Assembly (NCBI GenBank): GCA_963796055.1
Contig: CAWCKH010000001.1
Span: forward strand, 64,001-128,000
Origin: an uncultured delta proteobacterium
GTDB taxonomy: Bacteria; Myxococcota; Myxococcia; Myxococcales; Myxococcaceae
Direction: 5' to 3'
Length of the DNA: 64,000 bases
Each line of letters begins with the position of its first letter. The stretch's first letter is position 1. The position numbers and the translations under genes are program-made. Positions 18,632-29,246 of the stretch are shown piece by piece. The notes beneath the pieces are model-generated. The model worked only from the letters and a program-made list of their open reading frames with translations. It searched no databases and was not told the DNA's origin.

Positions 18632-19813
18632 TCAGAGGCGCAGGTCGGCGCGCACGTCGTGGGTGTAGGAGCGCCCCAGGGTCTCCGCGGCGGCCTTGAC
18701 CTCGGGGGTGGTCTTTTCCGGAACCATGACGCGCAGCTCGAAGTACAGGTCGCCGCGGCCCTTGCCTCGGAGCGCGGGGACGCCCTGGCCCTTGAGCCGG
18801 AGCTTCCGGCCGGACTGGCTGTGCGGCGGAATGGTGACGGTCACCTCGCCGGTGAAGGTGGGTGCGCGCACCTGCGCCCCGAGCAGCGCCTCGGGCAGGG
18901 TGATGGGCAGCGGGATGTAGAGATCGTCACCCTCCCGACGGACGAGCGGATGCGGCTCGAGCTGCACCTCGAGGAAGAGGTCGCCTGGTGGTCCACCGAG
19001 AAAGCCGGCCGCGCCCTGGCCCGCGACGCGCACCTGCGAGCCGGCCTGGACGCCGGGCGGAATCTTCACCGTCACCCGGCTGGTCTCCTCGACCCGGCCG
19101 GTGCCACCACACATGTCGCAGGGGGGAGCGACCTTGCCGCTGCCGCCGCACGTCGGGCAGGTGCTGGTCATCGAGAGGGGCCCGCGCCCCTGGCGAATCT
19201 TCCCCGAGCCCTTGCACGTCGGGCAGGTCTCCGGTTTCCCGAAATGTCCAGAGCCTTTGCACTTCGGGCAGCGTCCGGGCCGGGTGATGGAGAGGCTGCG
19301 CTCGGTTCCGGTGACCGCCTCGCGGAGCGAGATCCGCACGGTGGCGTGGAGGTCCTCGCCGCGGGTCGGTCCCTCGGCCTCCCCACGCCCGAAGAGGTCC
19401 TCCATCCCACCACCACCGGGGGCACCGGCACGCCGGTTGCGGAACAGATCGCCGAGGAGGTCTCCGAGGTCGAAGCCCTCCATGTCGGGCATTCCGCCTG
19501 CCCCTCCGAAGCCGCCCCCGGGGGCGCCGCCCCGGCTCGCCGCGTCGCGGTACGCCCGGAAGGCCTCGGCCTTCTTCGGGTCGTAGCCCAGCTTGGCCGC
19601 GTCCTCGCCGAACTCGTCGTACAGCTTGCGCTTCTCGGAATTGGACAGGACCTCGAAAGCAGCGCTCACCTGCTTGAACTTCTCCTCGGCGGCCTTGTTG
19701 CCGGGGTTCACGTCCGGGTGGTACTTGCGCGCGAGCTTCCGGTACGCCTTCTTGATCTCGTCCTCACTGGCGCCGCGAGAGACGCCGAGCAGCTGGTAGA
19801 GGTCCTCAGCCAT
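18632..19813 (-). CDS. dnaJ: DnaJ-class molecular chaperone
   Basis: J domain with HPD, Gly/Phe-rich linker, four CxxCxGxG repeats, DnaJ C-terminal domain; start MAEDLYQ at 19813. Confidence 0.9.
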   Translation of the reverse strand: MAEDLYQLLGVSRGASEDEIKKAYRKLARKYHPDVNPGNKAAEEKFKQVSAAFEVLSNSEKRKLYDEFGEDAAKLGYDPKKAEAFRAYRDAASRGGAPGGGFGGAGGMPDMEGFDLGDLLGDLFRNRRAGAPGGGGMEDLFGRGEAEGPTRGEDLHATVRISLREAVTGTERSLSITRPGRCPKCKGSGHFGKPETCPTCKGSGKIRQGRGPLSMTSTCPTCGGSGKVAPPCDMCGGTGRVEETSRVTVKIPPGVQAGSQVRVAGQGAAGFLGGPPGDLFLEVQLEPHPLVRREGDDLYIPLPITLPEALLGAQVRAPTFTGEVTVTIPPHSQSGRKLRLKGQGVPALRGKGRGDLYFELRVMVPEKTTPEVKAAAETLGRSYTHDVRADLRL

Positions 19814-20522
19814 GCAGTCGAGGCAGCTTAACCGTCCGCGATACCTACGCCAGTGGACGGGACTCCTGGCGTCGATGGGTGTCCTCCTCTGCGCGCACCC
19901 GGTGCAGGCGCGGGTCCTCGACCGGGTGGTGGCGCTGGTGGACGGGCGCGTGCTCAGCTGGAGCCAGCTGGACTTCGAGGCCCGGGTGATGCTCATCGAT
20001 CGCGGGGGAGTGGAGGCCGCCACGGCGCCGCTGGACGCCTCGACGATCCAGAACGCGCTGGACCTGGCCATCGCCCAGCGCGCGGCGGCCGCCGAGGCGG
20101 ACAAGCTCAACGCCTATCCGGTGGAGCCGGCGGAGATCGACCAGCGGCTGCGCACCTTCGAGTCGCGCTTCCCGACCCCCGCCGCCTTCCAGACATTTCT
20201 CAAGGCGCACGACGCGGACCGGGCGGCGCTGGCCGAGGTGCTCGCCCGCGCGCTGCGGACCGAGAAGTTCGTCGAGGGGCGGGTGCGGCTGCGCTCGCAG
20301 GTGCCGGAGAGCGAGGTGCGCAAGGCCTGGGAGGCGGACCGGGGAGGGCGGAGCTGGGAGGAGGCCCGCGGTCCGCTGCGGGAGCGGATGCAGCGCGAGC
20401 GGGCCTACGTGCTCGCCCGCGAGGCGCTCGGACAGCTGCGAGCCTCCATCCCGGTGCGGATCATCGCCCGGCCCGAGGAGCTGGCGCGCGACCAGCTCGG
20501 GCTCGGGGAGGCCGCGCGGTGA
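19812..20522 (+). CDS. SurA N-terminal-like exported chaperone/hypothetical protein
   Basis: Signal-like segment followed by [11 protein letters not shown], typical of SurA N-domains; start uncertain (19812 or 19875). Confidence 0.6.
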   Translation: MQSRQLNRPRYLRQWTGLLASMGVLLCAHPVQARVLDRVVALVDGRVLSWSQLDFEARVMLIDRGGVEAATAPLDASTIQNALDLAIAQRAAAAEADKLNAYPVEPAEIDQRLRTFESRFPTPAAFQTFLKAHDADRAALAEVLARALRTEKFVEGRVRLRSQVPESEVRKAWEADRGGRSWEEARGPLRERMQRERAYVLAREALGQLRASIPVRIIARPEELARDQLGLGEAAR

Positions 20523-20998
20523 GGAAGCTCCGGGACAGCCCCGGGGGGGCCTTCCAGCTTCGCCCGATGACCTCGGCGGATCTGCCCCGGGTGATGGAGA
20601 TCGAGCAGGTGGCCTTCCGCAATCCCTGGAGCCGGGACCTCCTGGCACGCGAGCTGGGTCACGACTGGTCGACCATCCTGGTGGCCGAGGAGCCGGGCGC
20701 CCGGGGGATGACGCTCCTGGGGTTCGTCATCTTCTGGGTGGTGCATGACGAGCTGCACGTGCTGAACGTGGCGACCGCGCCGGAGCACCGGCGCCGGGGG
20801 GTGGCCCGGGCGGTCCTCCAGGCGGCGCTGGACGCCGGACGGCAGAGGCGGTGCACCCTGGGCACCCTGGAGGTCCGGCGGAGCAACGCCGCGGCGCTGG
20901 AGCTGTACCGGGCGTTCGGATTCCGGCCGGTGGGAATCCGGCCGAACTACTACGTGGACGAGGGCGAGGACGCGATCGTCATGGTGCTGGACCTGTAG
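20519..20998 (+). CDS. rimI: Ribosomal-protein-alanine N-acetyltransferase RimI
   Basis: LRPMTSADLPRVMEIEQVAFRNPWS, ELHVLNVAT, RRRGVA, LEVRRSN, RPNYY..EDAIVM. Confidence 0.9.
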   Translation: MRKLRDSPGGAFQLRPMTSADLPRVMEIEQVAFRNPWSRDLLARELGHDWSTILVAEEPGARGMTLLGFVIFWVVHDELHVLNVATAPEHRRRGVARAVLQAALDAGRQRRCTLGTLEVRRSNAAALELYRAFGFRPVGIRPNYYVDEGEDAIVMVLDL

Positions 20999-21153
20999 GT
21001 CAGGGCCGCCGCAGCCGAGGTCCACGGTGAAGTGGTCTCAAGCTCCAATAGTCGGCGGGGTCAGGGCGGCGGAGACATCTAGGTCAGGGCCGCAGCCGAG
21101 GTCCACGGTGAAGTGGTCTCAAGCTCCAATAGTCGGCGGGGTCAGGGCGGCGG
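20996..21153. repeat. Tandem direct duplication (77 bp + 74 bp, 7-bp spacer)
   Basis: 20996-21072 and 21080-21153 are identical except for a 3-bp GCC indel; spacer AGACATC. Confidence 0.95.
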
Positions 21154-21176
21154 CTCCGAGCCTCGAGGCGTGATGC

Positions 21177-21204
21177 TTGACTCGCTGTGACGCACCGTTA
21201 TAGA
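21177..21204 (+). promoter_or_regulatory. Putative sigma70 promoter of the str operon
   Basis: TTGACT-16 nt-TATAGA followed by GC-rich discriminator CCGCGCCC. Confidence 0.55.
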
Positions 21205-21283
21205 CCGCGCCCTCTTTTCGGGGGCTTCCGCGGGTCACGTGTGTCCGGCGGTCGCCGCCGTTGGTACGACGGACAAGGGACGG

Positions 21284-21655
21284 ATGCCGACCATCAGTCA
21301 GCTGGTGCGCAAGGGGCGCGAGAAGCTCGTGGTGAAGGGGAAGAGCCCCGCGCTCAAGGAGTCTCCCCAGAAACGTGGGGTGTGCACCCGCGTCTACACC
21401 ACCACTCCGAAGAAGCCGAACTCGGCGCTGCGGAAGGTGGCCCGGGTGCGGCTGACCAACGGCATCGAGGTGACCTCGTACATTCCCGGGGTGGGTCACA
21501 ACCTCCAGGAGCACTCGGTGGTGATGATCCGCGGAGGCCGGGTGAAGGACCTGCCAGGCGTGCGCTACCACATCATCCGCGGCACCCTGGACGCGGTCGG
21601 GGTCCAGGGCCGGAAGCAGGGTCGCAGCAAGTACGGCGCGAAGCGCCCGAGCTAA
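21284..21655 (+). CDS. rpsL: 30S ribosomal protein S12
   Basis: [12 protein letters not shown]...[11 protein letters not shown]...[11 protein letters not shown]. Confidence 0.99.
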   Translation: MPTISQLVRKGREKLVVKGKSPALKESPQKRGVCTRVYTTTPKKPNSALRKVARVRLTNGIEVTSYIPGVGHNLQEHSVVMIRGGRVKDLPGVRYHIIRGTLDAVGVQGRKQGRSKYGAKRPS

Positions 21656-21670
21656 AGGAACCGGAACCAG

Positions 21671-22141
21671 ATGCCTCGTCGTCGCGTCGTCGCCAAGCGG
21701 AAGATCCTCCCCGACCCGAAGTTCCAGGACCGGCTGGTCACCAAGTTCGTCAACGACCTGATGCGCAAGGGCAAGAAGTCAATCGCCGAGCGCGTCTGCT
21801 ACGGCGCCTTCGCCCTGATCGAGGAGCGGGCGAAGGAGGAGCCGCTCCGCACCTTCAAGAAGGCGCTGGACAACGTGAAGCCGGTCCTGGAGGTCAAGAG
21901 CCGCCGGGTCGGTGGGGCGACCTACCAGGTGCCGGTCGAGGTCCGCCAGGACCGCCGGGTGGCGCTCGGGATGCGCTGGCTGATCACCTACGCCAAGGCC
22001 CGGGGCGAGAAGACGATGGAGGAGAAGCTGGCCGGCGAGATCATGGACGCGGCCAACAACCGTGGCAACGCGGTGAAGAAGCGCGAGGACACGCACAAGA
22101 TGGCCGAGGCCAACAAGGCCTTCGCCCACTATCGCTGGTAA
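21671..22141 (+). CDS. rpsG: 30S ribosomal protein S7
   Basis: MPRRR...[12 protein letters not shown]...[13 protein letters not shown]. Confidence 0.99.
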   Translation: MPRRRVVAKRKILPDPKFQDRLVTKFVNDLMRKGKKSIAERVCYGAFALIEERAKEEPLRTFKKALDNVKPVLEVKSRRVGGATYQVPVEVRQDRRVALGMRWLITYAKARGEKTMEEKLAGEIMDAANNRGNAVKKREDTHKMAEANKAFAHYRW

Positions 22142-22210
22142 GCAGCCCCGCAGTGTTGCGATGTTCCGACGGCCGGTGTCCCCGGCCGTTGTCGTTTGTA
22201 GAGACGAACC

Positions 22211-24304
22211 ATGCCCCGCGACTTCCCGCTCGAGCGCTACCGCAACATCGGCATCATGGCGCACATCGATGCCGGGAAGACGACCACCACCGAGCGGATC
22301 CTCTTCTACACCGGCACCATCCACAAGATGGGTGACGTGGACGACGCCAACACCACCACCGACTGGATGGTGCAGGAGCGCGAGCGGGGCATCACCATCA
22401 CCTCGGCGGCGATCACCGCCTTCTGGAACCGCGGGGACCAGCGTTACCGGATCAACATCATCGACACCCCGGGGCACGTGGACTTCACCATCGAGGTGGA
22501 GCGGAGCCTCCGTGTCTTGGACGGCGCCATCGCGGTGTTCGACGCGGCCAACGGCGTCGAGCCGCAGAGCGAGACGGTGTGGCGCCAGGCGGACCGCTAC
22601 GGGGTCCCGCGGATCTGCTTCATCAACAAGATGGACCGGCTGGGGGCAGACTTCGAGATGTCGGTCCGCAGCATCCGGGAAAAGCTCCACGCCAACGCAG
22701 TGCCGGTGCAGATCCCCTGGGGCGCGGAGGATCAGCACCAGGGGGTGATCGACCTGGTGCGGATGAAGGGCATCACCTTCGACGAGTCCGAGCTGGGGAG
22801 CCGCTTCGAGCTGGTGGACATCCCGCCCGCGCTGCTCGAGCAGGCCAAGGCTGCGCGGACCCACCTGGTCGAGGCCTGCGCCGAGCAGGACGACCACGTG
22901 ATGCAGCTCTATCTGGACGGGAAGGAGCCATCGGAAGCCGAGCTGCTGGCCGCGCTCCGCAAGGGCTGCATCGCCCGGAAGGTCTTCCCCGTCCTCTGCG
23001 GCTCTGCCTTCAAGCACAAGGGGGTGCAGCCGCTGCTGGACGCGGTGGTGGACTTCCTGCCCTCGCCGCTGGACATCCCCCCGGTCCACGGCAAGGACCC
23101 CCGGACGGGCAACGACGTGGTCCGGGAGACCAGCGACACCGCGCCCTTTGCCGCGCTGGCGTTCAAGATCATGACCGACCCCTTCGTGGGGACCTTGACC
23201 TTCATCCGCGTGTACTCGGGACGGCTGGCGACGGGGATGGCGGCGTGGAACCCGGCCAAGCGGAAGCGGGAGCGCATCGGGCGGCTGGTGCAGATGCGGG
23301 CCGACAAGCGGGACGAGATCGACGAGGTGCTGGCGGGAGACATCGCCGCGGCGGTGGGGCTGAAGCTGACCGTCACCGGCGACACGCTCTGCGACGAGCA
23401 CCACCCGATCGTCCTGGAGCGGATGGAGTTCCCCGAGCCGGTGATCGACATCGCCATCGAGCCGAAGACCAAGGCCGACCAGGACAAGCTCGGGACGTCG
23501 TTGCAGAAGCTGGCGACGGAGGACCCCTCGTTCCGGGTGCGGACCGACCCCGAGAGCGGCCAGACGCTGATCGCCGGGATGGGCGAGCTGCATCTGGAGA
23601 TCATCGTCGACCGGCTTCTGCGGGAGTTCAAGGTCGAGGCCAACGTCGGAAAGCCCCAGGTGGCGTACCGGGAGACCATCACCCAGCCGGTGGAGGCGCG
23701 CGGGCAGTACGTGCGCCAGTCCGGTGGGCGCGGGCAGTACGGCGACATCGTGCTGCGGCTCTCGCCGAACGAGCCGGGGAAGGGCTTCACCAGCAAGAAC
23801 TCCATCGTCGGGGGGAAGGTGCCGAAGGAGTTCGTGGAGGCGGCGTTCCAGGGCGCCCGGGAGTCGATGAGCAACGGACCGCTGGCCGGCTACCCGATGG
23901 TGGACGTGCACGCCGAGGCCATCGACGGCAGCTTTCACGAGGTGGACTCGAACGAGGTGGCCTTCCGCATCGCGGGATCGATGGCGGTCCGCGAGGGTGC
24001 GCCGAGGGCCGGGCCGGTGCTGCTCGAGCCGGTCATGTCCATCGAGGTGGTGACGCCCGAGGAGTTCATGGGTGACGTCATCGGCGATCTGAACGCTCGG
24101 CGGGGGAAGGTGGTGGGGATGGAGCCGAAGAGCGGCGCGCAGCACATCCAGGGACAGGTGCCGCTGGCGACCATGTTCGGCTACGCCACCGACCTGCGGA
24201 GCAGGACGCAGGGCCGGGCGACGTACACCATGCAGTTCAGCCATTACGCGGGAGTGCCGAAGCCGGTCTCGGACGAGATCGTCGCCCGCATTCGCGGGCA
24301 CTGA
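22211..24304 (+). CDS. fusA: Elongation factor G (EF-G2-like switch region)
   Basis: [39 protein letters not shown]. Confidence 0.97.
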   Translation: MPRDFPLERYRNIGIMAHIDAGKTTTTERILFYTGTIHKMGDVDDANTTTDWMVQERERGITITSAAITAFWNRGDQRYRINIIDTPGHVDFTIEVERSLRVLDGAIAVFDAANGVEPQSETVWRQADRYGVPRICFINKMDRLGADFEMSVRSIREKLHANAVPVQIPWGAEDQHQGVIDLVRMKGITFDESELGSRFELVDIPPALLEQAKAARTHLVEACAEQDDHVMQLYLDGKEPSEAELLAALRKGCIARKVFPVLCGSAFKHKGVQPLLDAVVDFLPSPLDIPPVHGKDPRTGNDVVRETSDTAPFAALAFKIMTDPFVGTLTFIRVYSGRLATGMAAWNPAKRKRERIGRLVQMRADKRDEIDEVLAGDIAAAVGLKLTVTGDTLCDEHHPIVLERMEFPEPVIDIAIEPKTKADQDKLGTSLQKLATEDPSFRVRTDPESGQTLIAGMGELHLEIIVDRLLREFKVEANVGKPQVAYRETITQPVEARGQYVRQSGGRGQYGDIVLRLSPNEPGKGFTSKNSIVGGKVPKEFVEAAFQGARESMSNGPLAGYPMVDVHAEAIDGSFHEVDSNEVAFRIAGSMAVREGAPRAGPVLLEPVMSIEVVTPEEFMGDVIGDLNARRGKVVGMEPKSGAQHIQGQVPLATMFGYATDLRSRTQGRATYTMQFSHYAGVPKPVSDEIVARIRGH

Positions 24305-24408
24305 GCGTCGACGGGCGGTACCCGTGCGCCGCTCCGCGGGAGGGCCCTCCGGACCTTTGTCGGCGGGTCGAGCCGCAGAAGTACGTGTGCCAGTGAACGC
24401 GTCGACCG

Positions 24409-25644
24409 TCAGCTGCGTGTCTTCCCGAGCTGGAGCACATGGTCCATCAGCGGGTCGTAGTGCTCTTTCCGGATCACGTCCTTCCATGCCGGCATCCGCG
24501 TCCCGGGCCTGATGCTGGGCGCCTCCTGGATCCAGAGCTTCAGCGTCTCGCGGGTGGGAAAGTGCTCGCCGGCCTCGCGGAGGTCCCCGATGCCCACCCC
24601 GTCGTCGCCGTGGCAGGAGACGCAGCCGTACTGCTCGTAGAGGCTCTTTCCGTCGAGCTTCGCCCCGGCGGTGGGCGCCGCGGGCGCGGGGGCGTTCCTG
24701 GCGATCGCGTGCCGCAGCGGCGGGACAGTGCGCAGGTAGGCGTAGATGGCGAGAGCCTCCTCCTCGCTCAAGTCGGGCATGGGCAACATCGGGTAGCGGA
24801 TGAGCGAGCGGTCCGGCCGGAAGCCGGTGCGAAGGGCGTTGACGAAGTCGTGCTCCAACCAGCGGCCGATTCCGGTCTCGGTGTCCGGGGTGAGGTTGGC
24901 GGAGGGGACTGGCTGCCGCCGAAGGTCGAGCAGCGGATTACCGCCGCCCATGTAGCCGACCGACTTCTCGGGCTCGGCGATGTTCATCGTCTTGAAGTCC
25001 GCCGAGTGGCAGCCGTAGCACTCGAGCGCGGCGACGAGGTATCGCCCGTGCGCCACCCGGTCGGTCACCGGTGGGGCGGTGATGGGGCGGTCGGGGTAGG
25101 GGAGCTTCTTGAACGCCACATGGCAGAGGAGCTTGGTCAGGAACGAGGGCCGGGTGACGCCGGGCGGGTCCCGGTCGGACGCCTCGACCATCGAGTCATC
25201 CGAGCGGAGGAAGGCGATGATCGAGGCGAGGTCCTCGTCGGAGATGTGAGGGAGCTTCACCATCCAGGGCGGCGTGTACTGGCCATCGCGCTTCACCCCG
25301 GTGCGCAGGAGGTAGGCGATCTCGCCGTCGGTCCAGCTCCCGATGCCCTTGGTCGGGTGCCGGGTGATGTTCACGGAGTAGATGAGGCCGAACTCCGTCG
25401 GAGCGTCGACCATCTGCTTGCCGGTGAGCTGGCGGGTGGTCGGGTCCATGTGGCAGCTGGCGCAGAGCGTGCTGACCAGCACCTTCCCCCGGGCGAGCCG
25501 CTCCGGCGTCGGATCCGCCTTGAAGGTCACCTTCTCGACGGGGTAGCGGGGGATCCCGTCGATCTGGACGTAGAGGAGGAGGCCGCCCACCAGCAGGGCG
25601 ATGGCGGCGAGGGCGACCGCGATGATCTTCAGGGCTCGGCGCAT
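24409..25644 (-). CDS. Membrane-anchored triheme cytochrome c
   Basis: N-terminal TM segment; CASCH, CYGCH and CVSCH heme motifs; repeated NITxxxxxGIGxW units. Confidence 0.85.
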   Translation of the reverse strand: MRRALKIIAVALAAIALLVGGLLLYVQIDGIPRYPVEKVTFKADPTPERLARGKVLVSTLCASCHMDPTTRQLTGKQMVDAPTEFGLIYSVNITRHPTKGIGSWTDGEIAYLLRTGVKRDGQYTPPWMVKLPHISDEDLASIIAFLRSDDSMVEASDRDPPGVTRPSFLTKLLCHVAFKKLPYPDRPITAPPVTDRVAHGRYLVAALECYGCHSADFKTMNIAEPEKSVGYMGGGNPLLDLRRQPVPSANLTPDTETGIGRWLEHDFVNALRTGFRPDRSLIRYPMLPMPDLSEEEALAIYAYLRTVPPLRHAIARNAPAPAAPTAGAKLDGKSLYEQYGCVSCHGDDGVGIGDLREAGEHFPTRETLKLWIQEAPSIRPGTRMPAWKDVIRKEHYDPLMDHVLQLGKTRS

Positions 25645-25654
25645 GGACGCGCCC

Positions 25655-26623
25655 CTATAGACCATCCGCTGTCGGGTCGCAGCGGCGAACCCCGGTATCA
25701 CGCGGAAGCCGGCGTTGCTGCACGCGGCGCCAGTACGCGCCAGGGGTGGTTCCGACCTCTCGCCGAAAGGCGCGGCAGAGCCCGGAGACGCTGGCGAATC
25801 CGGTCTCCTGGGCGACCCGCTCCAGCGGGTGGACGCCGTCCTCGAGCAGCTGGAGGACGCGCTGGATGCGAAGCTGCTGGGCGATGGCCCGAGGGCCGAC
25901 GCCGCTCGAGCGCTTCACCCGGGCGCTGAGCCGGCGGGCTGCCCGCTGCGAGGTGCAAGCGAGGCTCCTGGCCGGATCCCGCGTCGGCAGCTCGGCCTGG
26001 TCATCGAAGCAGGTGCGGAGGACGGGGTCCGAGAGTGCTCCCATCCACCCTTCGGTGCTGCCAAATCCGGTGGTGGCCTGGATCCGGAGCGCCTGCACCA
26101 CCAGGATCTGGAGGAGAAGCTGGACGATGGCGTCCGCGCCTATCCGGGGCATCGAGAGCTCCTCGAGCAGCCCGTCGAGGATCGGCCGATACGAGCGCGG
26201 GAGTGGGATCTGCCGCGAACCGACGGCGACCGCCTCGGGGAGGTGATGGGCGGGCCCCGGCCTGTGGCCCATCGCGATCCTCGTGGAGAGGAGCTGGACC
26301 GCCTCCGGCGTGCCCGGAGGAAAGGGCGCTCTGTGGATCGATCGGCCCGCTGACCAGTCGAACCGGCCAGAAGCCTCGAGCCACGGGCCGTGCGCCTGCA
26401 GGGTCGCGGCGGCGGCTCCGGAAAGAAACAGCAGTGAGCCCTCGCCGAGGCCGATGGAGTGGTGAGCCACCCGCGCCGAGAGGCTGCACCGCCCTCGCCG
26501 GACGAGATGCAGGGAGGGAGGTCCAGCCGGGAACTGGACTGCCCAGCGGCCCTCGAACGTGTGCACGACGGGCGGCTCGCACCGCAGGGCGAGGTGACCG
26601 ACGAGCTCACTGAGGAGGTCCAT
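25655..26623 (-). CDS. AraC-family regulator with N-terminal cupin (Cupin_6/RclR-like)
   Basis: MDLLSELV N-terminus, LHLVRRGRC cupin strand, GWMGALSDP, C-terminal LERVAQETGFASVSGLCRAFRREVGTTPG. Confidence 0.75.
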   Translation of the reverse strand: MDLLSELVGHLALRCEPPVVHTFEGRWAVQFPAGPPSLHLVRRGRCSLSARVAHHSIGLGEGSLLFLSGAAAATLQAHGPWLEASGRFDWSAGRSIHRAPFPPGTPEAVQLLSTRIAMGHRPGPAHHLPEAVAVGSRQIPLPRSYRPILDGLLEELSMPRIGADAIVQLLLQILVVQALRIQATTGFGSTEGWMGALSDPVLRTCFDDQAELPTRDPARSLACTSQRAARRLSARVKRSSGVGPRAIAQQLRIQRVLQLLEDGVHPLERVAQETGFASVSGLCRAFRREVGTTPGAYWRRVQQRRLPRDTGVRRCDPTADGL

Positions 26624-27280
26624 GGCGGCGGTCCTCTGCAAGAGCAGGACGAGCGGCGCGGCCAGGCGCGCGGGGCCGGGGGCGCCCGACCCCAGCGACG
26701 GATACGTCCGCACCGACGGATGTTGGGGATCCTGAAACTCAAGGAAAGCCCGTCCCGAGAGACATATCGGGACGTGAAGTTGCACGCGGCGATCCGAAAC
26801 GATCTCAGGGTGGGGTGGGGGTGCCGGGGCACTCTGCACTTCTCGTACGTGGAAGGGTCCGTTTCGGGACGTGGGATTGCACTTGGCATCCCCGATCTGC
26901 ACTCCACGTTCCCGAGCACGTACTTCCCGAGGCAACCGAGGAGCGCCCGGGCATCCCTGCCCGGTCGGGAGATCGTTTGGGGATGCGGAATGCAAATTGG
27001 CGTTCCAAAAATGCCGGGCCGCGGTGTTCCGCCGTGTCGAGGGGCAGGCGCACGGGGCCGCGAGTCCGCCGCTGTGGATCCTGAGGAGCCCGTCTCTTGC
27101 AACCCGGCGCGCTCGCAATCAAGGCCAGCGCGTTCCAGCTCGAGGCGGCGGCCCCAGCCTGACCGGCGTCCTCTCAGGGCGCGCGTCGACCAAGCGAAGG
27201 ACTCTGGCCAGCCCTCCCCTGGACGAGGGACGTTGCGCACCCCCTGTCTCTCCCGGCCCCTCCATGGCAGAACGCGCGCC

Positions 27281-28267
27281 ATGAAGGCGCTCCACATCGC
27301 CGCCCACGGCCCGGTGGCGGCGCTGAAACCGGTAGACGTCCCCGCCCCCCGGCTGCTCGACGCCCAGGTCCGCGTGCAGGTCGAGGCCGCGGGCGTGAAC
27401 CCAAGCGACGTGGTCAGTGCCGAGGGCCGGTTCCCGCACGCAGTCCTTCCCCGCATCCTCGGCCGCGACTTCGCCGGGCGCGTCGTCGAGGGTCCGCCCG
27501 AGCTCATCGGCGCTGCCGTCTGGGGGAGTGGTGGCGACCTCGGCATCACCCGCGACGGCTCGCACGCGGAAGAGCTCGCCCTGCCGGTCGCCGGCGTCTC
27601 CCGCCGCCCCACAAGTCTCAGCCCGGAGCAGGCGGCGAGCGCGGGTGTGCCGTTCATCACCGCCTGGACCTGCCTGGTCGAAGCGGCGCATCTCCAGTCC
27701 GGCGAGACGGTGGTCGTCTCCGGTGCCGCGGGGGCGGTCGGATGGGCCGCGGTGGAGCTGGCGGCGGCGCTCGGCGCGCGGGTGATCGGGCTGGTGAGGG
27801 ATGCCGAGGAGGCCGCGCGGGTGGACCGGACCCGTGTGGCGGGTGTGGCGCGTTCGGACGCCGGCGATCTCCTGGACGTCGTCCGGCAGGTGACGGGTGG
27901 CCGTGGCGCGCAGGTGGCTCTGAACGGGGTGGGCGCCCCCATCTTCCCCGCGCTGCTGGGCAGCCTGAGCGAGGGCGGTCGGCTGTGCGTCTACTCCGCG
28001 GTGGCAGGACGCGAGGTCGCCCTCGATCTCTTCGACTTCTATCGCCGGCGGCTGGCGCTGCTGGGGATCAACACCGCGGTCGTGACCGCCGAGGCCGGCG
28101 CCCGCGTCCTCGACCAGCTGCGTCCACTCTTCGAGGCTGGCCAGCTGCGCCCACACCCGATGCTGGAGCTGTTCCCGCTGGACGATGCGGCGCTGGCCTA
28201 CAGTCAGGTCGCTCGTGGATCGGCGAGCAAGGTGGTCCTCGTTCCCAGGGCTGCCGCCCGGTCCTGA
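27281..28267 (+). CDS. Zinc-independent MDR-family NADPH:quinone oxidoreductase-like protein
   Basis: AAGVNPSD, ILGRDFAG, VVSGAAGAVG nucleotide-binding motif. Confidence 0.85.
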   Translation: MKALHIAAHGPVAALKPVDVPAPRLLDAQVRVQVEAAGVNPSDVVSAEGRFPHAVLPRILGRDFAGRVVEGPPELIGAAVWGSGGDLGITRDGSHAEELALPVAGVSRRPTSLSPEQAASAGVPFITAWTCLVEAAHLQSGETVVVSGAAGAVGWAAVELAAALGARVIGLVRDAEEAARVDRTRVAGVARSDAGDLLDVVRQVTGGRGAQVALNGVGAPIFPALLGSLSEGGRLCVYSAVAGREVALDLFDFYRRRLALLGINTAVVTAEAGARVLDQLRPLFEAGQLRPHPMLELFPLDDAALAYSQVARGSASKVVLVPRAAARS

Positions 28268-28367
28268 ACGTCAGCTGCCCCGCGTCATCCTCACCGCCTG
28301 CCACTCGGTGCCCCCCGAGGCCCGCTCGGGGAGGTATAGGGGAGCTCCACGCGAGGAGGATTTACCG

Positions 28368-29240
28368 ATGGCCGAGTACTTGGTCGCCGGGGTGACCGGG
28401 CACACAGGATCGATGGTCGCCCAGACGCTGCTGGACAGCGGGCGAAAGGTCCGGGTGCTGGTCCGGGACCCGCACAAGGCGGAACGCTGGAAGAAGCGCG
28501 GGGCGCACGTCGGGCAGGGCGACCTCTCCAGTGCGCACGACCTTCTGAACGCGCTGCGTGGAACCGAGGCCGCGTACCTCATCGTCCCCCCGTTCCCGCC
28601 GAATACCACCGGTGTCCGCGGCAAGGCGAAGAAGATGATCGACGCGATGGTGCAAGCCATCGGCGGAACGGATGTCAAGCACGTGGTCTTCGTCTCCTCC
28701 CAGGGTGCTCAGCACGCGGAGGGGACCGGGCCGGTGGTGCTGCTGCACGACGCCGAGCAGGAGCTGCGCACGCTGAAGACTCCGGTGACCTTCCTCCGCC
28801 CCTGCTTCTTCATGGAGAACTGGGCCCCCATGCTCCCCGACGCGAAGGAGGGGCTGCTCAACACCTTTCTCCCGCCGGAGATGAAGTGGCCACACGTCGC
28901 GACGCACGACGTGGGCCAGACGGCGGCGCACCTCCTGCTCGAGCACCCGAAGCAGCACCGGGTGGTCGAGCTCTCCGGCCCCGAGGACGCGGGACCGGCG
29001 GACGTCGCCCGTGTGCTCTCCAAGCTCCTGGAGACCGAGGTCGAGCCGGTGGTCGAGCCGCTGGACCAGGCCACCGAGGCATTCAAGGCGATGGGCTTTT
29101 CGCCCGAGCTCGCCGGGATGTACCAGCACCTCTACGAGGGCCTCGCCTCGCGCCGCATCGCCCCGGAGCACCCCGAGACGGTGGTCCGGGGGAAGGAGAC
29201 GCTGGAGCAAGCGCTCGCGGCGATGCTGGCGAAGCTGTAG
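28368..29240 (+). CDS. NmrA-like NAD(P)H-binding protein
   Basis: LVAGVTGHTG, FLRPCFFMEN; strong SD GAGGAGGA. Confidence 0.85.
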   Translation: MAEYLVAGVTGHTGSMVAQTLLDSGRKVRVLVRDPHKAERWKKRGAHVGQGDLSSAHDLLNALRGTEAAYLIVPPFPPNTTGVRGKAKKMIDAMVQAIGGTDVKHVVFVSSQGAQHAEGTGPVVLLHDAEQELRTLKTPVTFLRPCFFMENWAPMLPDAKEGLLNTFLPPEMKWPHVATHDVGQTAAHLLLEHPKQHRVVELSGPEDAGPADVARVLSKLLETEVEPVVEPLDQATEAFKAMGFSPELAGMYQHLYEGLASRRIAPEHPETVVRGKETLEQALAAMLAKL

Positions 29241-29246
29241 CGGTGG

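Noticed and set aside
20996..21153. CRISPR array
   Set aside because: Only two units of about 75 bp with a 7-bp spacer, and no cas genes
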